Part shown: piece by piece, positions 30,521 through 40,804 of the stretch
Layout: each line of letters opens with the position of its first letter
How positions within the stretch are numbered: the first letter of the stretch is position 1
Source: a virus
Lineage: Duplodnaviria > Caudoviricetes
Length of the DNA: 56,190 bases
Reading direction: 5' to 3' (one strand)
Virus record (IMG/VR): IMGVR_UViG_3300047476_001428
Coordinates: 1 to 56,190 of that record
The notes under the pieces: generated by a model
Seen by the model: the letters and a program-made list of their open reading frames with translations, nothing else
Database searches by the model: none
What the model was told of the DNA's origin: nothing
Program-made: the position numbers and the translations under genes

Positions 30521-31636
30521 ATGGCAGTTATTGCAGAACCAGAAAGAACCAGACTTTATAATCGTATCCTAAATCAATTGGGAGCTCCTTTAAGAGCAGT
30601 TGAGTTGGATATGGAACAGATGGATTCCTTAATGGAATTATCTATTGGTGACTACACACAATACATCTATGATTGGTTGATTGAAAGTCAATGGACTAGT
30701 TTGTATGGTATGGATTTGGCAACTCAATCTGTCGCAAATGCTTTAGTTAGAAGAACGTTAGATTGGGAAACTCAATATACCTACGCATATTCTAAAATTG
30801 TAGGTTTACAAAACTCAGGTCCTTGGGTTTTGAAAAAAGACTTTTTTAAGTTAGAACAAAATGTTCAAATATATGAAATTCCTGCAGGTCGTGAAATTAA
30901 CGAATTGCTTTGGTACTCACCCGCAGAAGAAAATAGTCTTCTTTATGACCCTTGGTCATTTGGTGGATTTGGTGGACCTGGTATTGGGGGTGCTGGTGGA
31001 TACGCACAACCTGGATGGGGTGGTGGTGGATACTTTATGTTCTCGGCTTATGATGCACTTGCACGTATGCAGGACGTAAACATTAAAAGAAGAATCATCC
31101 AACCTGATGTTAGTTATCGTGTAACGGCTTTACCAAATGGTAAAAGAGCCATCATGTTATACAACACACCAGGTGGTAAGTTTGACTTTGGTAATAATGA
31201 ATTAATGAGAGGTCAGGTTTGGTATTGGTATTATGATACCACAGACGCTGACCGTGACCAATGTCTAAAAGATAATCCTGATATCGTAAAATTACCTTCC
31301 GATATCCCATTAGATGCTCTTAACTGGCAGGACTTAAATGACCCTGCACAACAATGGGTAAGAAGATGGTTTACAGCCTATTGTAAAGAAACTTTAGCAA
31401 GAGTTAGAGGTAAGTTCAGTGGTAACTTAAAAACACCTGATAGTGAACTTATTATGGATTATCAGTCATTATCGACTGAGGCTAAAGATGAAAAAGTAAC
31501 TTTGGTTACTGAACTTAAAGAAAGGTTGGAACGTCTTCGTCCTGAAAAACAAATGGAAAAAGAAGCGTTAATTGCTGAAAATTTGAACAAACAGTTGAAA
31601 TTTAGAGCAATGCCTATACCAATTACAGTAGTATAA
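30521..31636 (+). CDS. Neck / head-tail adaptor protein (T4 gp13-like)
   Basis: 'ILNQLGAPLRAVEL..EQ' N-terminus and 'WVRRW..A..KE.L..VRGKF' C-terminus. Confidence 0.75.
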   Translation: MAVIAEPERTRLYNRILNQLGAPLRAVELDMEQMDSLMELSIGDYTQYIYDWLIESQWTSLYGMDLATQSVANALVRRTLDWETQYTYAYSKIVGLQNSGPWVLKKDFFKLEQNVQIYEIPAGREINELLWYSPAEENSLLYDPWSFGGFGGPGIGGAGGYAQPGWGGGGYFMFSAYDALARMQDVNIKRRIIQPDVSYRVTALPNGKRAIMLYNTPGGKFDFGNNELMRGQVWYWYYDTTDADRDQCLKDNPDIVKLPSDIPLDALNWQDLNDPAQQWVRRWFTAYCKETLARVRGKFSGNLKTPDSELIMDYQSLSTEAKDEKVTLVTELKERLERLRPEKQMEKEALIAENLNKQLKFRAMPIPITVV

Positions 31637-31637
31637 T

Positions 31638-31973
31638 ATGTCTATAATAAAATCAATTCCCATCGAAAAAATCATCAATGGTTACAGAATAAGAACTTCT
31701 GACTATTGTGTAGTGTCTGAACCTGAATATAAAACAAGTGGTGAATACGCCATTGTTATTACAGGTGTTCCTAATTGTAAATTAAAATTGGATTCAACAA
31801 CTACCGACAGGGTAAAAATCAAAGCAATGACTAATGTTTTGATAATACCCGATATCGGTTCTGTTGATGAAGAATGGGATGAAATATCAATCGATAAAGG
31901 TGCTTGTGTTGAATTTGTATTCATCAACAAGTGTTGGTATATATTATCTTCAGACGGTTTGAAGATTTGGTAA
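31638..31973 (+). CDS. Hypothetical protein (probably virion-associated)
   Basis: 111 aa, starts 2 nt after the neck gene, beta-rich. Confidence 0.6.
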   Translation: MSIIKSIPIEKIINGYRIRTSDYCVVSEPEYKTSGEYAIVITGVPNCKLKLDSTTTDRVKIKAMTNVLIIPDIGSVDEEWDEISIDKGACVEFVFINKCWYILSSDGLKIW

Positions 31974-34766
31974 ACCTGTGATTTGACTTTCCCAACCCTC
32001 TTCAGCATTTTCATAAATGTAGAATGGTTCCAAACCACGTTTTCCCCAATATAACATTTCTTGTTCTGAAATTGTTAATACATCACCCAAATCATCTTGG
32101 TCACCTTCACCTAATGGATTTCCATTAATCAATTCACATTGTGCGGTTGTAAAGATTCCTCTGTCTTCAGGGTTATCAACAATCAAACCTGCTCTAACTT
32201 CATCTTTGAACACTACCATTAGTGGTTCAATACGTTTGTTAAAAGTTGATATTGCTCTTGGTACATTGTACTCACCTGTCATGTCAGGATTTTCCTCCAA
32301 ATCAGATGGATTCAACATATAACAATTAATTCTAACCATTGATTCCATGGCATCACTAGGTGCTTTTCCATTTGCCGCCATGTAATAATCTAAATCATCT
32401 TTTCTCCAACCACTTTTTAATTTGTTAACTTTTTGAACATCACCGTGTGATGCCTTAGTTCCGTTATTTACATAAAGAATTACATCTCCAAGATTGACTG
32501 CCAATTTGTTATGAATTGCAAGTTCCATATGAGCTTGACGAGACATTAACGAACCAGCTTTTGTTGTTTGGGTACAACGAACCTGATAATCTTTCAAACT
32601 TTGTTTTACTTTAGCTCTTTGAGCAATCTTAGCCAAAGGAACTTTTTGGTCATATATCTTTTGAAGATATTCATAGTAATATTCGATAAATTCTTTACCC
32701 TGACCGTTCAATAACATCTTAATTCCTTTATCCAAGAACTCTTCAATATAACCTGGTAGTTTTTTTGATTTGATAGTATTACCAACCAATTTAATTTTAC
32801 CTTTATCCGTCATCAAAGCGTAGTTCTTACGAGCCAAATTAATACATGATGGCCAAACACCATCGTTATCTAACGCCATCTCACCTCTCATGAATATGTC
32901 ATTATATTCGGCAATATCGGCAGCTGCACCTGTATATTCTTTACCCGCTTTAACTTTCCAATTCAAACCACGACCAATGTATGTACGTTCATGGACATTT
33001 GGTGGTGATGAAAAGTTCACACCGTCCGTATCCATAACCAATGGTTCGTATCCACGTTTCATAAAGAAACCAATCATCTGACGTAAGTATTGTCTACCCG
33101 TACAAGTAATCTGTTCCCCCATGTACATATCACCCCAATGGAACACTTGAGGTGCTGACAAAGCTCCGAACATCGAGTTAATAAAGATTTTAATAGGTAA
33201 CTGTTTACGGTCATAAGACTTTGATTTCTTAGGGTCGGTCTTTTCAAACTTTTCAGCCAATTCTTTGTACATGATACGTGAACTTCTAAAGAAACCCAAC
33301 AAACCTTTCATCGCCCCTGTCACATCACACTCGGGGAATACATCATGTACCAACTGAATAGATGGATAAAGTGAACTAAAGTCCAATTTCAACACGTTTG
33401 TTGAATATCCAACTTTAATCAAACGAGAAAGACCACCAACGAAATCCGTCTTACCTTGTTTTTCAGGAATTGCCAAGTTGTACTTGTAAGACCAAGCCAA
33501 CATAATCATCTTCCACAAAGTTGCAGTACCCATAGTACTTACACGTTCATAAGTTGTGGGAACCAACGAAGCCAAAAGAAACGAACCTTGGTTGAACTCG
33601 TCATCCACACGTAGGGTTTCATCTAAGTCATCGTCAAGATACTGTTCTACAATTTTATCACCTGTAGTTTTGATATATGTACCAGGAAATCTTTCATCAA
33701 GATTATCAAATTGGGGGTTGTCAGCCTTTTTGTACTTTCCGTTTTTAACATTTAACCAATAATCTTCCTTTTTTGAATACATAGGACCGATTTCTGTGTG
33801 GTCAATGTATACACGGTCTTCATCTTCGATTTCCAAATATTGAGTTATGTATTTCAAACCCGCGGACTTAATGTTTGAGTTAATCGCTTGGGCTCTACGA
33901 ACCGAATGTAAGATATCAATGATGTTATATCCCCACATTGATGTTTGTGGGTATCTTTCTACCTCGTTGGCAAGCTTCAACATTTGTTCCTTCTGTGTTA
34001 TCGGTCTTTCAGGGTTGAGTGACTTAGATATCTTTCTAATGTCCAATCCAAGTGCTTTAGCTCGTTCAAATATCCAAAACCAGTCAAAGTTAAATGAGTT
34101 ATAACCACCGATGATACTTGGTTTAAGTTCGTCAATTGTCTTAAAGAATTCAACAAGACCCAACTTTTCAGTTTCAGGGGTATCACACTCAATTACTTTG
34201 TGGAACCCTTTGTTTGTTTTCATTCCAATCATGAATATACGACCATCCTTTGGTTCAAGTGAGGTCGTTTCTAAGTCGAATACAAACCTTGTTATGTCGT
34301 TGTATTCTTCAAATCCTTTGAATAATCGTTTTTCTTTTTGAATAAGATATTGTTCTACGGGTGGTAACATCAAGAATAACTCTTTTGATTTTTCACCCCA
34401 CGGGTCAATACCACCATCACGGAAAAACTGAACTAACTCACGATATCCCGCAAGTGATTTAACCATATAGGTCAAACCTTTTTCTAATCTCTCATTTCCA
34501 TGTGTTTCTAATTTGTCAATAACAATCTTGTGTTTTGACATTGCTTCTTTTTGAAGGGCTTTTGAACCTTGATAAAAATTCAAACCCTTTAGGTCACCAA
34601 CCCAAGCAAATGGAATAAAATGGTCTTTTTGGATTGATTTCCCTTTACCGGGAATTTCTTTAATTTTGTAGATTGAGTTGGTTACATAGTCAAACTCGAT
34701 GGCGACTATGAATTGTTCTGGGTCATTACCCTCTAAGAACGACTTAATTTCTTCGTTAGTTATCAT
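31950..34766 (-). CDS. polB: DNA polymerase, family B
   Basis: Exonuclease motifs FDLETT and YNSFNFD; polymerase motifs LDFSSLYPSI, KIFINSMFG, MDTDG and KNYA. Confidence 0.95.
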   Translation of the reverse strand: MITNEEIKSFLEGNDPEQFIVAIEFDYVTNSIYKIKEIPGKGKSIQKDHFIPFAWVGDLKGLNFYQGSKALQKEAMSKHKIVIDKLETHGNERLEKGLTYMVKSLAGYRELVQFFRDGGIDPWGEKSKELFLMLPPVEQYLIQKEKRLFKGFEEYNDITRFVFDLETTSLEPKDGRIFMIGMKTNKGFHKVIECDTPETEKLGLVEFFKTIDELKPSIIGGYNSFNFDWFWIFERAKALGLDIRKISKSLNPERPITQKEQMLKLANEVERYPQTSMWGYNIIDILHSVRRAQAINSNIKSAGLKYITQYLEIEDEDRVYIDHTEIGPMYSKKEDYWLNVKNGKYKKADNPQFDNLDERFPGTYIKTTGDKIVEQYLDDDLDETLRVDDEFNQGSFLLASLVPTTYERVSTMGTATLWKMIMLAWSYKYNLAIPEKQGKTDFVGGLSRLIKVGYSTNVLKLDFSSLYPSIQLVHDVFPECDVTGAMKGLLGFFRSSRIMYKELAEKFEKTDPKKSKSYDRKQLPIKIFINSMFGALSAPQVFHWGDMYMGEQITCTGRQYLRQMIGFFMKRGYEPLVMDTDGVNFSSPPNVHERTYIGRGLNWKVKAGKEYTGAAADIAEYNDIFMRGEMALDNDGVWPSCINLARKNYALMTDKGKIKLVGNTIKSKKLPGYIEEFLDKGIKMLLNGQGKEFIEYYYEYLQKIYDQKVPLAKIAQRAKVKQSLKDYQVRCTQTTKAGSLMSRQAHMELAIHNKLAVNLGDVILYVNNGTKASHGDVQKVNKLKSGWRKDDLDYYMAANGKAPSDAMESMVRINCYMLNPSDLEENPDMTGEYNVPRAISTFNKRIEPLMVVFKDEVRAGLIVDNPEDRGIFTTAQCELINGNPLGEGDQDDLGDVLTISEQEMLYWGKRGLEPFYIYENAEEGWESQITGLPNLQTV

Positions 34767-34862
34767 TTTGTATAATATTAGCCGAGTGACGTATTATCTT
34801 CCGTAGTATACGGAGTTTGTCTTACTCATTACCAATAAATATATACGTTAGATTTGGTCCCG

Positions 34863-35243
34863 TCAACAACAGGGTGATTTTACTACAAAACTTTCTTGGA
34901 TATAAATTGTCAACTCTTCTCTGATTGGTAAAATCAAATCACCAGTATCATTATGGATTAAAAACTGACCTGTATACACACCGACTTGGTTTGTATCCCT
35001 TTCAGTAAATCTATAATAAACATAATATTCAGGTAAGGCATTTACGTCAAGATTTGTTAAAGTTGTAATATAACATGGTTTGGCCACAATTTTTGGAATA
35101 CCTGTAGCACTATTAATCATAGTAAATGTGATTGTAGCGGTTTCTAATGAATCCATAAATTGTTGGTATTCACTTCTACCATCCTTAACCACTTGCATCT
35201 TCAAAAGTGGTAATGTCGCATTTTTCTTGATGTAAAAATCCAT
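34863..35243 (-). CDS. BppU-N-like virion structural protein
   Basis: 'FYIKKNATLP.L' start and 'Y.F...DT...G.Y.GQF' pattern; has its own TATTTAT motif. Confidence 0.55.
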   Translation of the reverse strand: MDFYIKKNATLPLLKMQVVKDGRSEYQQFMDSLETATITFTMINSATGIPKIVAKPCYITTLTNLDVNALPEYYVYYRFTERDTNQVGVYTGQFLIHNDTGDLILPIREELTIYIQESFVVKSPCC

Positions 35244-35265
35244 TTGTTTTTACTAATAAATACCA

Positions 35266-36939
35266 TTAAGATTCTTTTCTTAATGAACCATCGTAAAATT
35301 CGAACCTATCGTGTTCAGTTGGGGTCATAAGTAGTAGTCCCGGATTGATTTTTCCCTTGATAGTTTCTTGAAAAATAAAACTCATCCATGTCTGTTCAAA
35401 TGGGTGTGCCCATTTTGTTTCTAAGAACATTTTCTTATTACCATGACGGGTTACAACTTGAGGCCAGTTACAATAATAAACCTCACCAGATACAAATGGA
35501 ATACCATTATGTGTCCTTATATGTTTGAATTTTGTTCTTGGAGCATTTGGGTCTTGACCATGAACAGGTAAGTTTGGTTTTTCGGGCCAATGTTCTACTC
35601 TAAAGTTTTGAGGAACATTATACCAAGACCATTGGGTACCATTATCACCATAAAACTCACTATAATTAAACTTTAAGAAATCAAAATGATTCTTTTTTGT
35701 TATTTCTAATGTGTTCTTATATAAATTTGGAACGTATCTATTAAATCCATTTCTACATACTTCTCCTTTTTGGGGGTAAAAGAACATATCATCCTCAAAA
35801 AAGAAATGAAAATCAAAACCATTTTCTTCCGCATGTTCTGCAACCCATTGTCTACCACCACAAATACCTAAATTGTCTTTCTTAATATGTTCAAAACCAT
35901 ATTCCTTACAAAGTTCCGAGTATTTCTCGGTAGTTGATAAATCGGATGAGTTATCTAATAAAAACTTTTTTGGTTTATCCAAAAAATCTTTATCATAGAG
36001 GGTCATCGAATTAAGTAATGTTTCGAATTGTTTTGGACTATTAAATGTGATTACATACAAAGCCGTATTATCAAGGTTTAAGTCATCGTTAATTGGAATA
36101 AAACCTTGTTTGTTTTTTCGTTCTAACGTGTCATTTTTTAAGTCCTCAAAAAACTTACCAAACAAACCGTTAGAGTCAATTTCAAAATAATCAATTACGT
36201 CTGAATGTTTGTAACACATAATTGAAAATATTGACTCCTCAGTCCCCATAAGTCCTCGAGACAACGTAGATGATAACAAGTTGTAATAAATCCCGTTAAT
36301 ATCACCTATTGTGTGTTTTGGACCACCAAAGAACCCTCCACGAGCAACCATTTCTACCTTTTCACCTACAATTCCATTAATCTGATTAAAATTAAATCCG
36401 TGAATCTCATTTTCGGCTTGGTATGGGAAACAAACAAAAGAAAATTTATTAATATAGTTTGGTAATTTATCTAAAACTTTATCGTGTGTAAAATAACCAG
36501 GGTGAACGGTATTTGTTAATCCGGCATCAATCCAAAACATCATATCTGAATTAAATGGGTCCATAATTTTGGCATCATTTAACAAAAATACCTTTGACAT
36601 AACCAAAGGATTGTACATTTCTAATCTTGCCTGTGTTGATTGTGGTAACCAACCTGCTTGATTATACCAATCAGGGTTTGTTCTGATTGTTTGTATTTTG
36701 TCATAAAATTCATTTTTGAACCATTCTTGACTACGAGAGATAAACATTGTATTATCTTTATTTCTCCTTTCAAAAACGAATGATTCTAAATCAGAATCAC
36801 CAAAAATTATCATTGGATTATCAACCTTTAATAGTTGGTCAAACTTATCCAAATAATGTTGGAATGAACGAGACCAACCTTCTTGTAGTTCATCACGTTT
36901 AATATTCCAAAGTCCCGTTACCAATGTTATTTTAGACAT
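35266..36939 (-). CDS. Two-domain glycosyltransferase (HtrL/YibB-like plus GT-A/GT2-like)
   Basis: 'ITLVTGLWNI.R', 'MSKVFLL', FWIDAG, GGFFGG and GTEE in the N-terminal half; 'NLGICGGR..FFEDD' in the C-terminal half. Confidence 0.7.
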   Translation of the reverse strand: MSKITLVTGLWNIKRDELQEGWSRSFQHYLDKFDQLLKVDNPMIIFGDSDLESFVFERRNKDNTMFISRSQEWFKNEFYDKIQTIRTNPDWYNQAGWLPQSTQARLEMYNPLVMSKVFLLNDAKIMDPFNSDMMFWIDAGLTNTVHPGYFTHDKVLDKLPNYINKFSFVCFPYQAENEIHGFNFNQINGIVGEKVEMVARGGFFGGPKHTIGDINGIYYNLLSSTLSRGLMGTEESIFSIMCYKHSDVIDYFEIDSNGLFGKFFEDLKNDTLERKNKQGFIPINDDLNLDNTALYVITFNSPKQFETLLNSMTLYDKDFLDKPKKFLLDNSSDLSTTEKYSELCKEYGFEHIKKDNLGICGGRQWVAEHAEENGFDFHFFFEDDMFFYPQKGEVCRNGFNRYVPNLYKNTLEITKKNHFDFLKFNYSEFYGDNGTQWSWYNVPQNFRVEHWPEKPNLPVHGQDPNAPRTKFKHIRTHNGIPFVSGEVYYCNWPQVVTRHGNKKMFLETKWAHPFEQTWMSFIFQETIKGKINPGLLLMTPTEHDRFEFYDGSLRKES

Positions 36940-37798
36940 TTAATTCTTCTAATATTTTGTAAAAACTTTTATTCTGTTCAAAAAACTCTTTGGTTCCTTC
37001 TTTATGATTATCTTCGTGCCACCAAATATCGAAGTTTAATGTCTTAAACCAATCTTTATGGTTTTGATACATTAATGACATGTAATGCTCTTCATAAAAC
37101 AATTTCTTTTGTTCAGGAATAATAAGTCTAACATAATCATCAAATTGTTTAACTACTTTATCCCATAGTTCAGTTTTTCCACCAAAGAAACCACCAATTA
37201 CATGGACACTATTGTCATATGTTGTATAGAACTTAGGGTCAACAGTACCTTCCCAAAAATTCCTTGAGTTTTCTTTTGCAACCATTACAAATTTATCACC
37301 AGCATACTCAATCAAATTATCTAAAAATTTATCATTGAATAATGATGCTTCATAATAAAATCTATAACCTGGTGCTGATAAATATTTGTCAGGAATTAAA
37401 CCTGTGTGTGATAAACCTGCATCAAACCAAAAATAATAGTCGTAAGATTTATCTTCGTTTTTGAACCAAGAAAACTTGGAGTATTGGATTTCATAACACC
37501 TATCAGATTTTTTTATTTGTTCAATATCCTTAACACCATTAATTAATTCGGCATACTCATTTTGAGACAACTCAAATAAAACAAACTTTAATCTATCTTC
37601 AGAAATATTATGTGTTTTATAAAAAAAATCTTTTAAGTCATCAACCTCTCTTTCAGAAGTATAACAGATAAAATCTGCTTGTGTCATCTTTAATAAAGAC
37701 AACAAACTAAATCTATAATGGTCTTTTCTACCAGGTCTTCCACCTAATTCAGAACCATAAAGGTCTGAATAAATACTTGTCATTATTTTAACTCTCAT
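36932..37798 (-). CDS. HtrL/YibB-like putative glycosyltransferase
   Basis: FWFDAGL, GGFFGG and 'EE..MSLMY' motifs; paralogous to the neighbour's N-terminal domain. Confidence 0.6.
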   Translation of the reverse strand: MRVKIMTSIYSDLYGSELGGRPGRKDHYRFSLLSLLKMTQADFICYTSEREVDDLKDFFYKTHNISEDRLKFVLFELSQNEYAELINGVKDIEQIKKSDRCYEIQYSKFSWFKNEDKSYDYYFWFDAGLSHTGLIPDKYLSAPGYRFYYEASLFNDKFLDNLIEYAGDKFVMVAKENSRNFWEGTVDPKFYTTYDNSVHVIGGFFGGKTELWDKVVKQFDDYVRLIIPEQKKLFYEEHYMSLMYQNHKDWFKTLNFDIWWHEDNHKEGTKEFFEQNKSFYKILEELNV

Positions 37799-38516
37799 TG
37801 TTGTTTCTTAGTTCTATACATTTATCGTAGTCCATATATTTTCCATCAATTTTATCGGGAAAATATACATTCCAATTATATGTCATTACATAAAAATTTG
37901 AATCGATTGTTTGGTTAATATCAGAATAATCTCGTTTTTGAACCACTAACGGTAATTTAGCCGAAAAAGATTGTATATTAGGATAGACTGCCCTATCTAA
38001 AAATTCATCAATTGGAATTTGCATATGACTATTCTCAATAATGTCATTGGTATTCCATTTAACAATATATTCACAAGCCTTTCTTGTTAGAATAAATCCT
38101 GAAGTACCAAAAATACCTCTATGTCTATTAAGGTCTTTTGGTGGTAATGTTGTTAAATCAATTAAGTTTTCTGAGAATCTATTTAACGGTCTATGAATTG
38201 ATGGTGCCAAATGAAAAAAATACCATTCATTATTATTCAACTCTTCTTCAATCATTGGAATAAGATTTTTGGTATATGGCATAAAGAAAATGTCATCTTC
38301 AAATACCATGGCATATTCATATCCTCCATCTAAAATCATTTGTGCAATTTTTTGATGGGAATAAGCACAACCCTCATAACTATTTGTATCAATTGCGTTG
38401 AACCTTTCAAAAGTCCAACCCATATATTCAAATTCTTTTGTAACATCTTTTAACCTATCAGGCCTTCTTTCAAGATTGACTACAAATTTTGGTATTTCAT
38501 TAAAATTAATTTTCAT
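37788..38516 (-). CDS. Glycosyltransferase family 25-like
   Basis: 'VVNLERRPDRL', 'GCAYSH', 'VFEDD' and 'PIDEF' GT25 motifs. Confidence 0.8.
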   Translation of the reverse strand: MKINFNEIPKFVVNLERRPDRLKDVTKEFEYMGWTFERFNAIDTNSYEGCAYSHQKIAQMILDGGYEYAMVFEDDIFFMPYTKNLIPMIEEELNNNEWYFFHLAPSIHRPLNRFSENLIDLTTLPPKDLNRHRGIFGTSGFILTRKACEYIVKWNTNDIIENSHMQIPIDEFLDRAVYPNIQSFSAKLPLVVQKRDYSDINQTIDSNFYVMTYNWNVYFPDKIDGKYMDYDKCIELRNNNES

Positions 38517-39267
38517 ATATTAAATTTTGTCTGTTTTCATATCCTCGTCTATGAACAAAAATAACCGCATTATTTTCCATTGCGGTTTGATAATTTCTAT
38601 TTGTGTCAGTCCAATAACCAAAAATATCGATGTTTTGTTTTGGACAAGAGTATCTTGACGCTAAAATTGATAAAACACTTTGGTCATTTCTATGGTTTTC
38701 TTCCTGACCAATAGTACATCCTTGTAAAGCGTATTGATAAGCCTTTTCAAATAAATGGTCGAATTTACCACCTTTTTTATATCCTATAATACCAGCTGAT
38801 AGTTGAGTGTCATTCATTTCAGATTCAGTTGCTTCCATAATAGTTGAACATGTTTTATGAGTATAGTTTCTATTCAAATGAATATCACCAACCATAAAAA
38901 TTTCATCTTTTTCAATTAATTCATAAATGACACACATATTGTTAATTGGTGCTGCACCAGCATCTAACCAAAAAATGTTTTCAGCAAAATTCTTACAATA
39001 GGTTAAACAGAATAATTTATACATATAACTTTTTGGTACCAAAGAATGTTCGTGACTATCAATATAATCTTGTGGATAATCAACAACACTAACATTCTTC
39101 AAAGATTTCAAAGTGTTAATTTCTGAAATATCTAAACCCAAATTAAATACGTAAATTTGTTCTACACAATCAAGACCAAAAGTGTGTACCCCACTAATCA
39201 ATGTTAATAAAGAATAGTAGTAGGCACTATTTGCTGTTGTAACTAAAATATTCTTATAAATTTGCAT
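38506..39267 (-). CDS. Putative GT-A glycosyltransferase (DUF1647-like)
   Basis: 'LVTTANS.Y', 'FNLGL', FWLDAG and 'HRNDQSVLSIL' motifs. Confidence 0.6.
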   Translation of the reverse strand: MQIYKNILVTTANSAYYYSLLTLISGVHTFGLDCVEQIYVFNLGLDISEINTLKSLKNVSVVDYPQDYIDSHEHSLVPKSYMYKLFCLTYCKNFAENIFWLDAGAAPINNMCVIYELIEKDEIFMVGDIHLNRNYTHKTCSTIMEATESEMNDTQLSAGIIGYKKGGKFDHLFEKAYQYALQGCTIGQEENHRNDQSVLSILASRYSCPKQNIDIFGYWTDTNRNYQTAMENNAVIFVHRRGYENRQNLIYEN

Positions 39268-40063
39268 TCAAAAAATTATTAATGATTATTTCAGGGTGCA
39301 TATATTGTTTGGCAATATCAAAATTCTTTTTAATCGATTCCATTTTTGATTGGTAAAGTTCATCTGTTAGTTTTTCCAAGATGTTTGGTAAATCTTCATC
39401 ACCCTCAAAGTGTATAATACCGTTTTCATCAAAATAATCGTTCACCGATTTTGAACCAACATAGATTGGAATGGTACCTGATAAGAAACAATCAAGTAAT
39501 TTTTCGGTGAAATACCCATTTTCAATACTATTTTCAATAACGATTGAGAACTTATAATCTTTTAACGATTCGATTTTATATTCAATAGGTTTTTCACATC
39601 CTGTTCCATAGAAATCAACACGAGTATCATCTTTTAATCTATCGTAAACACGGAATCTCATTCTGTGATATGGGTTCCATTGTTTCCATGAAAAAACACA
39701 ACTAACCAACTTACTTTTATCGTGAATACCAATATCTTCAGTTCTTAACCAAGTTCCACCGTGTGGAATAAAAATAATATTTGAGTCATCTGAAACAATA
39801 TTTTTATGATGTGTAAAAATATATTTGAAATTGTCCTTTTCTTTAACAATATTAATATAGTTTTCACCGTTTATAATTGGTGGTTCTATTAACCAAGCAC
39901 AATTTGTTTTACTACCATCCTTTGGTTGAGTAAAACACATTCTATCGACATAGATACCAACATCATATGTTTCAGGTTCACGTTCCCAATTACTTTGGGG
40001 GTCTATATATCTTGATAATCCTGGTTGTCCAACCAAGTTCTCATCAAATAATTTTACATTCAT
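39254..40063 (-). CDS. Glycosyltransferase family 10 (alpha-1,3-fucosyltransferase-like)
   Basis: 'YKFSIVIENS...YFTEKLLDCFLSGTIPIYVG' matches the GT10 signature. Confidence 0.8.
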   Translation of the reverse strand: MNVKLFDENLVGQPGLSRYIDPQSNWEREPETYDVGIYVDRMCFTQPKDGSKTNCAWLIEPPIINGENYINIVKEKDNFKYIFTHHKNIVSDDSNIIFIPHGGTWLRTEDIGIHDKSKLVSCVFSWKQWNPYHRMRFRVYDRLKDDTRVDFYGTGCEKPIEYKIESLKDYKFSIVIENSIENGYFTEKLLDCFLSGTIPIYVGSKSVNDYFDENGIIHFEGDEDLPNILEKLTDELYQSKMESIKKNFDIAKQYMHPEIIINNFLNANL

Positions 40064-40802
40064 TTTTTTGTTCCATTAAATAAATTAAATTGTTTATTTG
40101 TTGTTTGTATTGATTATAAGGTCTCAATGAGTGACAGTCGTAATAGTATTCTTCTAAAACTAAATTAAAATCATGTGAACCCCAATTACCTCTATCAATT
40201 CTTTTTGTGGCATAACCAGTTCCAAAACCTCTTTGTAATTTTACAATTTTTTCTCTGTTCGATTGTTCCCATTCAAAAACACACGAACCAAAAAATATTT
40301 CATCAGTGTCCCACCCAAGTCCAAGGGTGTTTAACTTAATAGCAAAATCTTGAAATGATGAATCTATATTCATGATTTCCTTAAATGTTTTACTTGTTGC
40401 TAAATTATAACACATTGGATATCTTTTTTGGTCTTGATATCCGTAAGCGTCTGATGTGTAGATTAATAAACTATCATTACTTACACCTTTTGCATTATCT
40501 ACAAAATATGTTTTTGATAATGGAATCATATCCAAATCAGAAATTAAACAAGTTTTTTCACCAAATAGTGATGATACGTACAATCTAGCAATTTGAGATT
40601 GTAAACCTGTGTTAATACCATCAACTTTTTTGTAACTTACTAAGACATGTTCTTTAGTCTCTTCAAAACTATCTTCATCACCGATGGTAACTAATATTGG
40701 TTTTACACCAATAATTTTGTTCCAACAACCTTTAACTAAATCCCAAAAACCATCATATAATTGATTACCATCGGTAGAAACTATAGCATAGTCAATATTC
40801 AT
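40044..40802 (-). CDS. Putative glycosyltransferase (DxD-type)
   Basis: 'SDLDMIPL' DxD motif and 'WDTDE' motif; embedded in the GT array. Confidence 0.5.
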   Translation of the reverse strand: MNIDYAIVSTDGNQLYDGFWDLVKGCWNKIIGVKPILVTIGDEDSFEETKEHVLVSYKKVDGINTGLQSQIARLYVSSLFGEKTCLISDLDMIPLSKTYFVDNAKGVSNDSLLIYTSDAYGYQDQKRYPMCYNLATSKTFKEIMNIDSSFQDFAIKLNTLGLGWDTDEIFFGSCVFEWEQSNREKIVKLQRGFGTGYATKRIDRGNWGSHDFNLVLEEYYYDCHSLRPYNQYKQQINNLIYLMEQKNECKII

Positions 40803-40804
40803 AA

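Noticed and set aside
31950-34766. Intein or intron in the DNA polymerase or helicases
   Set aside because: Motifs are contiguous, lengths are ordinary, and no splice-junction or LAGLIDADG pattern was seen.
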